DNA of 59,602 nt, filler included, from 7 parts of 7 records of this genome joined end to end with filler, not necessarily neighbours in it; one strand, 5' to 3'; shown: positions 21,177 through 32,021, numbered from the whole stretch's first letter. Notes: a model not told the origin generated them from the letters alone. Made by a program: numbers and translations.

Positions 21177-21392
21177 TTAGGCGGGAATATCGGGTTCTAG
21201 CTGAATTTGCAAGAGGGTAATTGAGTCCTTGATTTGCAATTTCCGTTTTTTCAACCTGCGAACCTGCAGTTGATCAAAACCCGCTTGCGCGGTCAGCATA
21301 GAAATGATCTGATCCAGATCGCGATGCTCGACCTGCAATTCTACGATTCGTCGTTTGATCGATTCGATGTCTTCAGTGTGGACCATGTGCAT
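21177..21392 (-). CDS. DUF465/YdcH family protein
   Basis: EHRDLDQII, RRLKKRKLQIKD. Confidence 0.85.
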   Translation of the reverse strand: MHMVHTEDIESIKRRIVELQVEHRDLDQIISMLTAQAGFDQLQVRRLKKRKLQIKDSITLLQIQLEPDIPA

Positions 21393-21517
21393 TCAGGTTG
21401 AACCGGCTCGGTATTGACAACATTGTAGCCGCAAGTGAACAGAGGCTGGAAACAATCTACCCGAAGTGGATCACCCATTCGGCAGCTCGATTGAGTTAGG
21501 CGCTTTAGTTCCGCGCG

Positions 21518-21916
21518 TCAGTTCGGGGTTCGGGCCCGCCGATTCGCATACTCGTCGAGACGAATCATGTCCTCTGCCTTGCCTTGAACTTCCAAATGAG
21601 CTCGCCTGATCTGTGCGCCCTGCAAGCGCACCTCATCCAGACAACTGGATACAAAGAACTTTTTGTAACAAGCCCGGGACTGCTCGTTCAATTCATACTC
21701 CAGAAACTCAAGTTGCCTGTCGCGCTCAGCCACATAGGCACGTGCTTGCTCAAGTGTATTGGGTGCCTGAGGTTTACTCGCCTGCAACTGAACAGTGCTA
21801 CAGGCAGTCAGTACCAAAAATGATGCTGGCAAAACGATGGTGAACAGGCGAAGCGCCACCACGCCGATGCACTTGTTAAGCTGTGGCACAATGCCCTGCT
21901 TACTTTGAAAACTCAT
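21518..21916 (-). CDS. hypothetical lipoprotein
   Basis: Lipobox [17 protein letters not shown] motif; true start probably downstream of 21916. Confidence 0.65.
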   Translation of the reverse strand: MSFQSKQGIVPQLNKCIGVVALRLFTIVLPASFLVLTACSTVQLQASKPQAPNTLEQARAYVAERDRQLEFLEYELNEQSRACYKKFFVSSCLDEVRLQGAQIRRAHLEVQGKAEDMIRLDEYANRRARTPN

Positions 21917-21928
21917 AGATCAGAATCC

Positions 21929-22262
21929 ATGTCGCTTGTTCAAAATCGAATTATCGCCCAGTTGGCTCAAGAATTGGGTGTCGCACAATCACAAATCAAG
22001 GCCGCAGTCGATTTGTTGGACGACGGTGCCACAGTGCCCTTCATTGCCCGTTACCGAAAAGAGGCCACTGGTGGACTGGACGATGCCGTGCTTCGTGACC
22101 TGCAAGAGCGCCTGGTGTATTTACGCGAACTGGAAGACAGGCGCAGCAGTATTCTTGAATCGATTGAAAGCCAGGGCAAGTTAACCCCTGAACTGAAAGC
22201 AGCAATTGAAAAGGCGGAGAACAAACAGACGTTGGAAGACCTTTACCTGCCCTACAAGCCCA
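21929..22262 (+). CDS. tex: Tex transcription accessory protein, N-terminal fragment
   Basis: [34 protein letters not shown]. Confidence 0.95.
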
Positions 22263-22362
22263 NNNNNNNNNNNNNNNNNNNNNNNNNNNNNNNNNNNNNN
22301 NNNNNNTTAATTAATTAANNNNNNNNNNNNNNNNNNNNNNNNNNNNNNNNNNNNNNNNNNNN
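22263..22362. other. artificial contig linker
   Basis: N-padded TTAATTAATTAA. Confidence 0.99.
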
Positions 22363-23674
22363 CGACGATATCCGCGCAGGCGATGGCAACGACCAGGTCG
22401 ATGGCGGTTCGGGCGATGACTATGCCGAAGGTGGCGCCGGGCAAGACGTGATATTTGGCGCCGAAGGCCTCGACAACCTGCGTGGGGGCGATGGCAATGA
22501 TCTTATCGATGGCGGCCTGGATGCTGACTATATCGAAGGCAACACAGGCGATGACACGCTTTTTGGTGGTGCGGGCAACGACGATCTGCGCGGGGGCGAT
22601 GGCACCGACCAGATCCAAGGGGGCGATGATAACGATTACCTTGAAGGGGGCTTGGGCAACGATACGCTTTTGGGTGATGCGGGCGATGATGATTTGCGCG
22701 GCAACCAGGGCGACGACCTGCTGATTGGCGGTGATGGCAACGACCAGCTGTGGGGCAACACCGGCAGCGACGTGATGATCGGCGGCGCGGGCGATGATTT
22801 GTTTTTATACGACGTCGGCGACGGGCTGGATACGGTTTCAGATTTCAACGCCAACCCCGGCGATAATGATGCGCTGTCGCTGACGGGGTTTTACGACAAT
22901 ATCGCCCAATTGCGCGGCGACTTTGCCGATGACGGTGTTTTCAACCAGTCAAACGCTGGCGATACCGTCTGGGGGCAGGTGATTGATTACAGCGACAATC
23001 AACAGTTTCTGGCGGGCCAGGGGCTGGTTGTTACGGGCCCGGGCCTAAGCGAGGCCAGCTTTAACGTCGAGAACACCAATGTTGTGTGTTTCGACGAGGG
23101 CACATTGATCAGCACGCCCCGGGGCATGGTTGCGATCCAGGATTTGCGCGTGGGCGATATGGTGCAAACCCGCGATAACGGGCCGCAGCGGTTGCTATGG
23201 GTGGGGGCGCGCCACTTGGATGCGGCGGAATTGGCGGCCAACCCGCATCTGCGCCCGATCGTGCTGCGCGCGGCCTATTTCGGTTTGCCGCGCGATTTGG
23301 TGGTTTCGCCCCAGCACGGCATTTTGCTGCATCACGATATGCGCGGGGGCAGCGAAACCTTTTACCGCGCCAAGCATTTGGCGCAGTTGCCCGGTGGGGG
23401 AGCACGGGTGATGCAGGGCAAACGCCGGGTGCGCTATTTCCACCTGCTGTTCGAGGATCATCAGGTTGTTTTTGCCAATGGCATGGCCTGCGAAAGCCTG
23501 TATCCAGGCGCACAAGGCTATGGGGCGTTGTCGCCTGCGGCGCGGGCCGAGCTGGCGGCGCTATTTCCCGATTTGGGGCATGTCGATGTGCGTCTGGCCT
23601 ATGGCCACTCTGCGCGCAGCTACGCCAAACGCCGCGATTTGCCCCAGCACCTGCAACAATTGCGCATCGCTTAG
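22363..23674 (+). CDS. RTX-repeat protein with C-terminal Hint (type-B bacterial intein-like) domain, 5'-partial
   Basis: GGxGxD repeats, then VVCFDEGTLISTPRG..LVVSPQH..YFHLLFEDHQVVFANGMACESLYPG. Confidence 0.92.
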
Positions 23675-23679
23675 GCGCG

Positions 23680-24228
23680 TTACCACAGGGCCGCGTTTTC
23701 AAAGGGGGCCACGCAGCGGCAGGGCCCTTGCAGCACCGGCAGCGCGCCCCCGGCCAGGGCCAGCCCCTGCCAGCCCTGCGGCATCGACAGCGGGTAGGGC
23801 GCGGGCAGCGTGGCAGGATCGGCCGGCACAAAGCCGGATTTGCCATAAAATGCCGGGTCGCCATAGGTCAGCACCACATCAACGCCCTGCACGCACAGAT
23901 CGGGCAGCGCCATGGCCAGCAAAGCCTTGCCCAAACCCTGGCGCTGATCGGGCGTGGCCACGGCCATGGGCGACAGCAGCATCACCTTGGGCGCATCTGC
24001 GCCATAATCCAGGGGCGTGAAAAGCACCGCAGCACGCGGGCCTGCAGGGCCCGGGGTTTGATAGGCCAATACCAGATCGGGCAGGCAGCGTGCCAAGATA
24101 TCGTGCACAAGCGCGCCCAGGGCCTGGCCCTCATCTGCGCCCTCAGATGCGGTAAAACTATCTCTAAACAGCCCAACCAGGGCTGCTTTTTCGGCGCTGC
24201 TGGGGTGGGTCAGGCGGTGGGGGTGCAT
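23680..24228 (-). CDS. GNAT N-acetyltransferase (YhbS-like)
   Basis: LLSPMAVATPDQRQGLGKAL, YGDPAFYGKSGF. Confidence 0.9.
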   Translation of the reverse strand: MHPHRLTHPSSAEKAALVGLFRDSFTASEGADEGQALGALVHDILARCLPDLVLAYQTPGPAGPRAAVLFTPLDYGADAPKVMLLSPMAVATPDQRQGLGKALLAMALPDLCVQGVDVVLTYGDPAFYGKSGFVPADPATLPAPYPLSMPQGWQGLALAGGALPVLQGPCRCVAPFENAALW

Positions 24229-24347
24229 GGGCGGCCCTTTCGGTTGCTTGGCCCATAGATAGCCATGATGGCTGGATGTTCAAGCGGGGCTTGGCGCCGG
24301 GCCTTGGGGCGCTAATTTGCGCTATACTGGGCTGGATTGGGGGGCGC

Positions 24348-24554
24348 ATGGGATTTGATCGGGAAAAACTGGGCGAATATAAGTTTCGGGCGGTCTTGTC
24401 GCTGCTGATGTTGGGCGGCATTGCCTATGCGGCGCAGCTTCATGGGCTGCGCGGGCCTGCGCTGTTTGAAATTGGCCTGATGGGGGGCGGGTTTGCCCTG
24501 CTGTCGTTGGTGCATGCGCTTTGGGCGATTTGGAAGATCAAACAGGGCAGCTAG
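24348..24554 (+). CDS. small hypothetical membrane protein
   Basis: Two hydrophobic helices; codon style matches neighbours. Confidence 0.6.
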   Translation: MGFDREKLGEYKFRAVLSLLMLGGIAYAAQLHGLRGPALFEIGLMGGGFALLSLVHALWAIWKIKQGS

Positions 24555-24994
24555 GCACCGGGCCGAAATGCTGGGCGGCAGGGCTGATTTATTGGGCAAT
24601 GGCCCGCGCTCTGCCCAGGCCCGGGCACCATGCGCAGCGATTGCGCAAAATTAGCTGTGACAGGCAGGGCCCCGCAGCCTAAGCTGCACGCACCACCAGC
24701 CAGTTTGCCAGACGGACATGCCACAGTATCGCACAACATTGGGCCACGAGGGGTGCAGTGCGGGCCTGCGGGGCTGACAGCCGCTGGCCTGCGCTTGCTG
24801 AAATGATACTTGGACTCTGCGCCAACCACCTCCATCGACAGTTCTTCTTTGATCGCGGTGACCGAAAAGAGCCTTTCGACGTGGCCGCGACGCGTTTTAT
24901 GAATATGCTTCTGCAGCAATATGTTCTTGATGCTCATGACAATTGACAACCACACACGGCAATAGCGAAAGACCTGCATCGGGTTTGCAGACTG

Positions 24995-25145
24995 GCCGCA
25001 TCGCCCATGCGGTCTGGGCCTACCATCGCTTTGCGCTGAGCACGGCAGAAGTGGAGGATCGTTTGGCGGAGCGCGGCGTGATCATCAGCCACGAAACAAT
25101 CCGTTTTTGGGTCAACTGGATTGGTTCTCATTTTGCCGCTTGTAG
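24995..25145 (+). mobile_element. IS6-family transposase remnant
   Basis: IAHAVWAYHRFALSTAEVEDRLAERGVIISHETIRFWV matches the IS6 transposase N-terminal HTH; no DDE region follows. Confidence 0.85.
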
Positions 25146-25380
25146 CTGCCATTCGAAGTGCTGCTTCAGACTGTCCCGTGATGGATTGGTGTGATTATTT
25201 ATTAATTTCATGTATTTGCGCGAAGCCGTGTGCATCTGATATACATGCCTCGATCGCGTGATGTCATACTGAGTAGGACCAGGAGCAGACGCCCGGTCCC
25301 GCCAAAGGCCCACGCCGTCGCTCGGGGATCTGATTTTTACGGAATTTGCATCGAAACCTAGGCAAGGAGGTCGGCGACAC

Positions 25381-25426
25381 CCTGCCCCTGCCTGGCGATA
25401 GGCCGCCGGGCAGGGGCAGGATTTTT
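25381..25426. terminator. GC-rich hairpin or terminator
   Basis: CCTGCCCCTGCCTGGCG-N6-CGCCGGGCAGGGGCAGG just past the qorB-like stop. Confidence 0.65.
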
Positions 25427-25433
25427 CCCGATG

Positions 25434-26281
25434 TCAACCTTTCAACGCGGTGGTGACGGCGTCGTCCAGTGATGTCGTCGGGCGACCAATCAGGCGCGAG
25501 AGCGCGCCGCTCTCATCGCTGAGCCAGCCCTGCGGGACGCCCGCTTCGGCATCGGCGATCACGGTGGCAAATCCTTCCGGAATTCCTAAGCTGGCCAGAA
25601 TGCCGGCGTAGGTTTCTTGCGGCAGGTCATTGTAGTGGATCGTCTTGCCGGCGGCCCTTGAGAGTACCGCCGCCATGTCATGCAGGGTGACCGGGGTATC
25701 GGCGCCAAGCTCGTAGGTCTTGTTTTCGTGCCATCGCTGGCCGCGACAGCCGCCAGCGCCTCGCCCAGGTCCTGCCGGGTGGCCGGCGTTGCCGCTGCGC
25801 CGCCGGTTGCACCGATCATCGCGCCCTGCTCAACCGCTATCGGCAGGGACGCGGTCCAGTTTTCGACATACCAGGGGTTGCGCAGCATCGTGTAGCCAAG
25901 GCCGGAGGCCTTCAAAATCTCTTCGGTCGCCTTGTGGTCCTGCGCGATTATCAGTGGGCTTTGGTCGGCCTTGAGGATCGAGGTATAGATGACACGGCCA
26001 ACACCCGCGGATTTTGCGGCATTGATAACGTTTTCGTGCTGTCCAACCCGGTTTTCAAAATCCGAGGACGAGATCAGCGCGAGCACATCGACACCGTCCA
26101 GCGCGGCGGCCAGGTTTTCGGCCCGGGTGTAATCGAAAGCGCGGGCCTCGACGCCGAGGTCGGCCACTTTCGCGGTGTCGCGGGCGAGAGCCACGATCTG
26201 CTCAGCATCGACGCGAGTCTTGAGGTTTTCGATGGCGATGCGCCCCAATTGGCCGCTTGCTCCGGAGATGGCGATTGTCAT
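25434..26281 (-). pseudogene. QorB/YtfG-like NAD(P)H quinone oxidoreductase with a 1-nt frameshift
   Basis: MTIAISGASGQLG..; adding one base near 25731 restores DGHENKTYELGADTPVTLHDMAAVLS, joining the C-terminal ORF (LSRLIGRPTT). Confidence 0.85.
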
Positions 26282-26379
26282 GTGGATGTCTCCTGGTTGA
26301 TTTCATTGACGAGGGGGAATGTAGGGTATAAGCTTTCGTTGCGTAAGAACGCACAAAAAAGTAAGCAAGGAAAAAAGAG

Positions 26380-26751
26380 TTGAAACCCGCCCCGGAATTC
26401 ACCCCCGATGTGATGAACGAGATGTGCGCTTCGCGCCGCCTGCTCAGCGATGTGACCAGCAAGTGGGGTATCCTCGTGATGCTGGCCCTGCAGGGCGGCA
26501 CCATGCGGTTCAGCACCTTGCGCCGCCGGATCGGGGGGGTGAGCGAAAAGATGCTGTCGCAGACGCTGAAGACGCTGGAAGCCGACGGCTTCGTCGCGCG
26601 CCGCAGCTTCGCGGTGGTGCCGCCTCACGTGGAATACTCACTCACCGAGCATGGGATGGAACTGGCTCTCCACCTCAGATCGCTCGTGACGTGGTTGGAG
26701 GGGGCTCTGCCGAACCTACCCTTGGGCCAGGAGCTTTTGTCGCGCGATTGA
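26380..26751 (+). CDS. HxlR family regulator (YtfH/QorR-like)
   Basis: CASRRLLSDVTSKWG, RFSTL, SEKMLSQTL, PPHVEYSLT; divergent from the qorB-like gene. Confidence 0.92.
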   Translation: MKPAPEFTPDVMNEMCASRRLLSDVTSKWGILVMLALQGGTMRFSTLRRRIGGVSEKMLSQTLKTLEADGFVARRSFAVVPPHVEYSLTEHGMELALHLRSLVTWLEGALPNLPLGQELLSRD

Positions 26752-26767
26752 CCGGGGGAATGCTGGG

Positions 26768-26966
26768 AAAGGGTCCTGACCCTTCTGTATCCGTGCTCTG
26801 CTACGTTTACCCCGTCACCGGCCCCCCAGGGTCAGTGACGGGGTGGTGCGCGACGTCTGACCCTTGTGACATGAACACGCTTCTTAGCCTGTCGGCACCG
26901 CCTCTCTTCATTGTCTCGAACAGTTGATTGCGGCCTTTCAGGACCGCGCACCAGAAGGAAGAGAGT
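26768..26966 (+). ncRNA. IS110 left non-coding end, candidate bridge RNA
   Basis: About 200 nt directly upstream of an IS110 transposase start; stems CCCCGTCAC/GTGACGGGG, CTCTCTTC/GAAGAGAG and GCGGCC/GGACCGC. Confidence 0.5.
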
Positions 26967-27112
26967 ATGCACAACCTATCACATGGCCGTGTTATCGGCA
27001 TAGACGTCGGCCGCGACTGGCTCGATATTCTTTGCCTTCTCGATGGGCATCGCTGCAGAGTGTCGAACCCGCCGGAGGGCCATTCTTTTGTGGCGGATCT
27101 TGCCCGGGCGGC
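26967..27112 (+). mobile_element. IS110-family transposase, N-terminal remnant
   Basis: MHNLSHGRVIGIDVGRDWLDILCL resembles the first strand of the DEDD domain (GID); truncated after about 48 codons. Confidence 0.8.
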
Positions 27113-28023
27113 TGAGCGCGCGGTTGCAGCCCAACCACCCCGCAGATGATGCGCGCGCCATTGCCGCGGCCATTTTGGATGGCTTGTCTTTTGGCGTGGG
27201 CGATGCGGTGATTGGCATCAACCCGGCCACCGATAATCTGCCCACAGCCAATACGCTGCTATCGATGCTGGATGCGCTGATTGCAACCCATCAGATCCCT
27301 ACGCAAAGCTGCGTGCTGACCCATGTGACAAATTCGATCGAGCTGATCGAACGCGGCGCGCCTTTGGATTTGGTGTTTCAATCTGTTGCAGGCACCCAGG
27401 CCGCAAATGCGGGCTTTGGTGTAACCCTGCCCATGCTGGCCGAGGCGCGGGATGCGGCGCTGTCGCTGCAGCGCGGTAGTGCCGGGCAAAATGTGATGTA
27501 TTTCGAAACAGGGCAGGGCAGTGCCCTGTCGGCCGATGCCCATCACGGGATAGATCAGCAAACCCTCGAGGCGCGCGCCTATGCGGTATGCCGCGCCTAT
27601 GAGCCGCTGTTGGTCAATACCGTGGTTGGCTTTATTGGCCCTGAATATCTCTATGACGGCAAAGAGATCATTCGCGCCGGGCTGGAAGACCATTTTTGCG
27701 GCAAGTTGCTGGGCCTGCCCATGGGCTGCGATGCCTGCTACACCAACCATGCGCAGGCAGATCAAAACGATATGGATGTCTTGATGACGCTGCTGGCCGC
27801 GGCGCGCGCGCATTTTCTGATCGCAGTGCCGGGGGCAGATGACATCATGCTGAATTATCAAAGCCTGTCTTTCCACGATATTGCCTATTTGCGAAATTCC
27901 CTGGGCCTAAAAGCCGCCCCCGAATTTGAAACATGGCTGGCCGGGCTGGGGCTGATCGATGATAGCGGCTATCTGATCGATAGCGCCTTGGGTGCGCAGC
28001 GCCTATTGGCGGGTGGGATATGA
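27100..28023 (+). pseudogene. eutB: ethanolamine ammonia-lyase large subunit, 5'-truncated
   Basis: Homology starts at LPGRLSARLQPNHP; GDAVIGINPA, MYFETGQGSALS, VVGFIGPEYL, GLEDHFCGKL; roughly the first third of a typical EutB is missing. Confidence 0.9.
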
Positions 28024-28781
28024 GCGATTTTTCCCCAGATCCCTGGGCCAAGTTGCGTGCGGCCACCCCTGCGCGCATCGCGCTTGGCCACGCGGGTGTG
28101 GCGGTGCCCACCCGGGCCAGCCTGGATTTTCAATTTGCCCATGCCCGGGCGCGCGATGCGGTGCATTCCGAACTGGATGTTGCGGCCCTGTCGCAGCACT
28201 TGCCAGGCCATCAGCTGCTGCATGTCAGATCAGCCGCGCCCAGCCGCGCGGTCTATCTGCGCCGCCCCGATCTGGGGCGCAGGCTGGCCGAAGGGCAGGC
28301 GGGTACGCTGCCCCATGCGCCCAGCGATGTGCTGATTGTCGTGGCAGATGGCCTGTCTGCACGCGCCGTGCAGGCCCATGCCAGCGGCGTGATCGATGCC
28401 TTGGTGCCCCAGCTTAAGGGGCTGCGCCTGGGGCCTGTGGTGATTGCCCAACAGGCGCGCGTGGCAATCGGCGATGAAATTGGCGCCAAAATCGGGGCGC
28501 GGCTTTGCGTTTTGTTGGTGGGCGAAAGGCCTGGCCTGACGGTGGCCGACAGCCTGGGCGCCTATCTTACCTTTGCCCCCCAGCCGGGCACCCGCGACAG
28601 TGCGCGCAACTGCGTGTCAAACATCCACGCTCAAGGCGGGCTCAGCCACGCCCAAGCTGCGGCAAAAATCGCCTGGCTGGCGCAAGCGGCGTTGACCCTG
28701 GGGCTTACCGGCACCGGGCTAAAGGAAAACGCCCCCCAGATTGCAGGGCCCGGCCAAGGGCCAGAGATTGCCCCGCCATAG
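28020..28781 (+). CDS. eutC: ethanolamine ammonia-lyase small subunit
   Basis: TPARIALG, HARARDAV, YLRRPDLGR, GERPGL, RNCVSNI. Confidence 0.95.
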   Translation: MSDFSPDPWAKLRAATPARIALGHAGVAVPTRASLDFQFAHARARDAVHSELDVAALSQHLPGHQLLHVRSAAPSRAVYLRRPDLGRRLAEGQAGTLPHAPSDVLIVVADGLSARAVQAHASGVIDALVPQLKGLRLGPVVIAQQARVAIGDEIGAKIGARLCVLLVGERPGLTVADSLGAYLTFAPQPGTRDSARNCVSNIHAQGGLSHAQAAAKIAWLAQAALTLGLTGTGLKENAPQIAGPGQGPEIAPP

Positions 28782-28816
28782 CCTGCTGCCATTGGGGGGC
28801 GTATGGCGCCAATAGG

Positions 28817-29551
28817 TTATTGAAATATCAAGGATATCTCGGTGTCATCCAGCAGCCGCCAGGCGCCGGGCGCCAAATCATCGGGCAATGCCAGCCCGCC
28901 CAATGTTTGGCGGTGCAGCGCCTCGACATGGTTGCCAGTGGCGGCAAACATACGGCGCACCTGGTGGTATCGGCCTTCGGTCACGCTGATCAAAGCCTCG
29001 GTCTCGGTGATGACATCCAGATGCGCGGGCGCCAGCGGTTTATCCTCGCCCTCTAGCATCAATTGCCCCGAGGCAAACAGCGCGCCCTCGCTGCCGTTCA
29101 GCGGGCGGGCCAGCGTGGCGCGATAGGTCTTTTGCACGTGATGTTTGGGGCTGATGATCCGGTGCAGCAGCTTGCCATCATCGGTCATCAATAAAAGCCC
29201 CGATGTCTGTTTATCCAGCCGGCCAACGGTTGAAATGGCCGGATCGCGCCGCCGCCAGCGCGGGGGCAAAAGATCGTAAACCAGCGGCCCGATCTCTTTG
29301 TGCGAACAGCTCATCCCCAGCGGCTTGTTCAAAAGAATAACCATGCCAGCAATCGGGTCAAGCGCGCGGCCCCCGATCTGCAGGCGGTTTGGCAAATCGG
29401 GCGTTATGTGAATGCGCGCGCTGACATCCACCAGCGGGGCGCCATCCAGGGTGATACCCCCCGCCTGCGCGAAACGCGCCATTTCCTTGCGCGATCCATA
29501 GCCCATAGACGACAGCAATTTATCAACGCGAGAGGCCGGGGTTTTCGCCAT
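28817..29551 (-). CDS. rsuA: RsuA-family pseudouridine synthase
   Basis: GRLDKQTSGLLLMTDDG, EGRYHQVRRMFA. Confidence 0.85.
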   Translation of the reverse strand: MAKTPASRVDKLLSSMGYGSRKEMARFAQAGGITLDGAPLVDVSARIHITPDLPNRLQIGGRALDPIAGMVILLNKPLGMSCSHKEIGPLVYDLLPPRWRRRDPAISTVGRLDKQTSGLLLMTDDGKLLHRIISPKHHVQKTYRATLARPLNGSEGALFASGQLMLEGEDKPLAPAHLDVITETEALISVTEGRYHQVRRMFAATGNHVEALHRQTLGGLALPDDLAPGAWRLLDDTEISLIFQ

Positions 29552-29849
29552 TGATCTGTGCTCCTTACATGGCCAAAAGGCGGCGCGGGGGGCAAGGCCA
29601 GATCAGCACGCCTTATGCGCCCGATACCGCCCAGCGGGTGTGGGTGTAACCGACTGCCGCGCTTTTGTCATGGCACAAGCGTTTGCGGAAAGCGGCGCAG
29701 AAATACCCCAAACCCGATGCCCCGCGCCAATGTGGGCACTGGGACAAGAGGCAACCGCCAATGATCGCGATCACCTGCGCAGGCGTTCCCGCCACCGCGC
29801 CTGCGCCCTGTCTGGCCTTGGGCATGAATGGCAAAGGCAACCATGTGCC

Positions 29850-29898
29850 AAAATCAAAAAAGCCCCCAAGTCATCGCGACCTAAGGGCTTTTTTATTT
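29850..29898 (-). terminator. terminator-like hairpin downstream of the tRNA end
   Basis: AAAAAAGCCC..GGGCTTTTTT. Confidence 0.7.
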
Positions 29899-29927
29899 TG
29901 GCTCCGGCGGTAGGGATCGAACCTACG
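29899..29927 (-). tRNA. tRNA 3' fragment, probably tRNA-Asn, cut by the contig end
   Basis: Reverse complement CGTAGGTTCGATCCCTACCGCCGGAGCCA contains T-arm, acceptor strand, G discriminator and CCA; anticodon not visible. Confidence 0.8.
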
Positions 29928-30027
29928 NNNNNNNNNNNNNNNNNNNNNNNNNNNNNNNNNNNNNNNNNNNNTTAATTAATTAANNNNNNNNNNNNNNNNN
30001 NNNNNNNNNNNNNNNNNNNNNNNNNNN
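29928..30027. other. artificial contig linker
   Basis: N-padded TTAATTAATTAA. Confidence 0.99.
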
Positions 30028-31978
30028 CCCGGGCCTGCCACTGGCGGGCGGCCTCGTTCCAGGGCAGCCGATCCAGTCCTTTGCGACGGACGGCATCCAG
30101 CAAACCCTGCTGGATCAGTTCGGGGGCCACCTGTTGCAACGGCTTTTCCGCCAGTATCAGGGCGCCAAGCTTGCGTACGTGACGCGCCACCACTGTGCCC
30201 CGCTTGTCGTCCCAGAGGGCTTCTTCCCGTTCTTGTATGTGCGCAGCCAGGTCCTGCTCCAGATCCGCCAGATCCACCGGCGCCGCCAGATAGATCGTGG
30301 CCTCCCGGGCCTTGCCGTCCAGATCCGCGGCCACCAACCAATCCTCCCGGGCCAGCGGATCATGGTCCCTCAGGCTCGCTCCCTTGCCATTACTGAGCTG
30401 GTAGCGCGGCGCCTCGCCGGAACGGCGGCGGGCAATGCGGTCCGGATAGGCTTGAGCCAGCACCCGCCCCACCTCAGTTGCAGCCGGCACGTTCCCAGAC
30501 ACAGGTTCCCGGCACAACCGCTTCGCCGCCTGCCGCACTGCCTGCAACCGGGCCGAATCCAGGCCACGGGGTGCCCGTTCTCCCCGAACCATCCGAATCC
30601 GTTCGTGCAAATCGGCGCCGGAGCCGGGCCCCAGCAGGTCACGCTCTTCCAGCAATGCCGCCAGTTCCGCTGCCAGCTGGTCAAACCCCAGAGCCCTGCC
30701 CCGGATAACCATATGGGCCAGACGGGGATGCATCCCCAGATCCCGGGCGGCCTTGCCGTGATCGGTAATAGCACCGTCAGCATCCAGCAAATCCAGCCAC
30801 TGCAATAAATCGACCGCCTGCTGCCAGTGGGCTTGTGGCGGCGCGTCAATCCAGGCCACCCGATCCGGTGAACGAGCCCCCCACTGGGCCAGCTCCAGTA
30901 CCAGCGGTGCCAGGTCCGCCTCCTGAATCTCCGCTGGCGTGAAGTCAGCCAGGCCGAACTGCTCCGACTCGCTCCATAACCGGTAGCACACCCCCGGTTC
31001 GACCCGTCCGGCCCGGCCTTTACGCTGCTCGGCAGAGGCTTTGGACACCCGGCCGGTGATCAGGCGGGTCATGCCACTGTTGGGATCAAAGACGGCCCGG
31101 CGCTGCTGGCCGGCATCAACCACTACCCGAACACCTTCAATGGTGAGGCTGGTCTCAGCAATGGCAGTGGCCAGCACCACCTTGCGAGCACCGTCCGGGG
31201 CCGGTGCAATGGCCCTGTCCTGTTCTTCAGCCTTGAGGTTGCCGTACAAGGGCGCCAGCACCACGTTTGCCGGCAGTTGTCCCGCCAGCTGTTGCGCCAC
31301 CCGGCGAATTTCACCGGCCCCGGGCAGGAACACCAGCACCGAGCCAGCCTGGTCTCCCAGGACCTCCAGCACCACCGCCGTTACCTGATCCACCATCCGG
31401 GCATTGCGGGACAAGGGCCGATAAAGGACATCCACCGGAAACGCCCGGCCTTCACTGGAAATCACTGGCACGTCCCCCAGCATCTTGGCAATGGGCGCGG
31501 TATCCAGTGTCGCGGACATCACCAGAAGGCGCAGGTCTTCTCGCAGGGCCTGCTGGCTCTCTCGCACCAGTGCCAGCCCCAGATCGGCCTGCAGGGAGCG
31601 TTCATGGAATTCGTCAAACAGAACGGCGGCATAGTCTTCCAGCATGGGATCGTTCTGGATCAGGCGGGTGAGTATGCCCTCGGTCACCACTTCGATCCGG
31701 GTATTGCCGGAGACCCTGGTATCCAGTCGGGTGCGATAGCCCACCGTCTGCCCGGGCGCCTCGTCCAGTTGCCGGGCCATATACCGCGCTGCCGAACGGG
31801 CCGCCAGCCGACGGGGTTCGAGCATCAGGATTTTGCGGCCATCCCGCCAGGGTGCATCCAGCAGGGCCAACGGTACCCGGGTGGTTTTACCGGCGCCGGG
31901 CGGCGCCTGGAGCAAAGCGGTGGTGGTCTTTGCCAGTGTGCGGGTCAGTTCTGGGAGGATGGCATCAATCGGGAGCAT
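30028..31978 (-). CDS. hrpB: ATP-dependent helicase HrpB, 3'-partial
   Basis: APPGAGKTT, EPRRLAAR, FDEFHER, MSAT, QRKGRAGR. Confidence 0.96.
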
Positions 31979-32021
31979 GGTGCTGGGCGCTTGCCGGAAT
32001 GTGGCCGCAGTTTACCATGCC

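Noticed and set aside
24758-24946. Protein-like fragment ALAEMILGLCANHLHRQFFF..
   Set aside because: Possibly a regulator C-terminal remnant, but it cannot be assigned without a search
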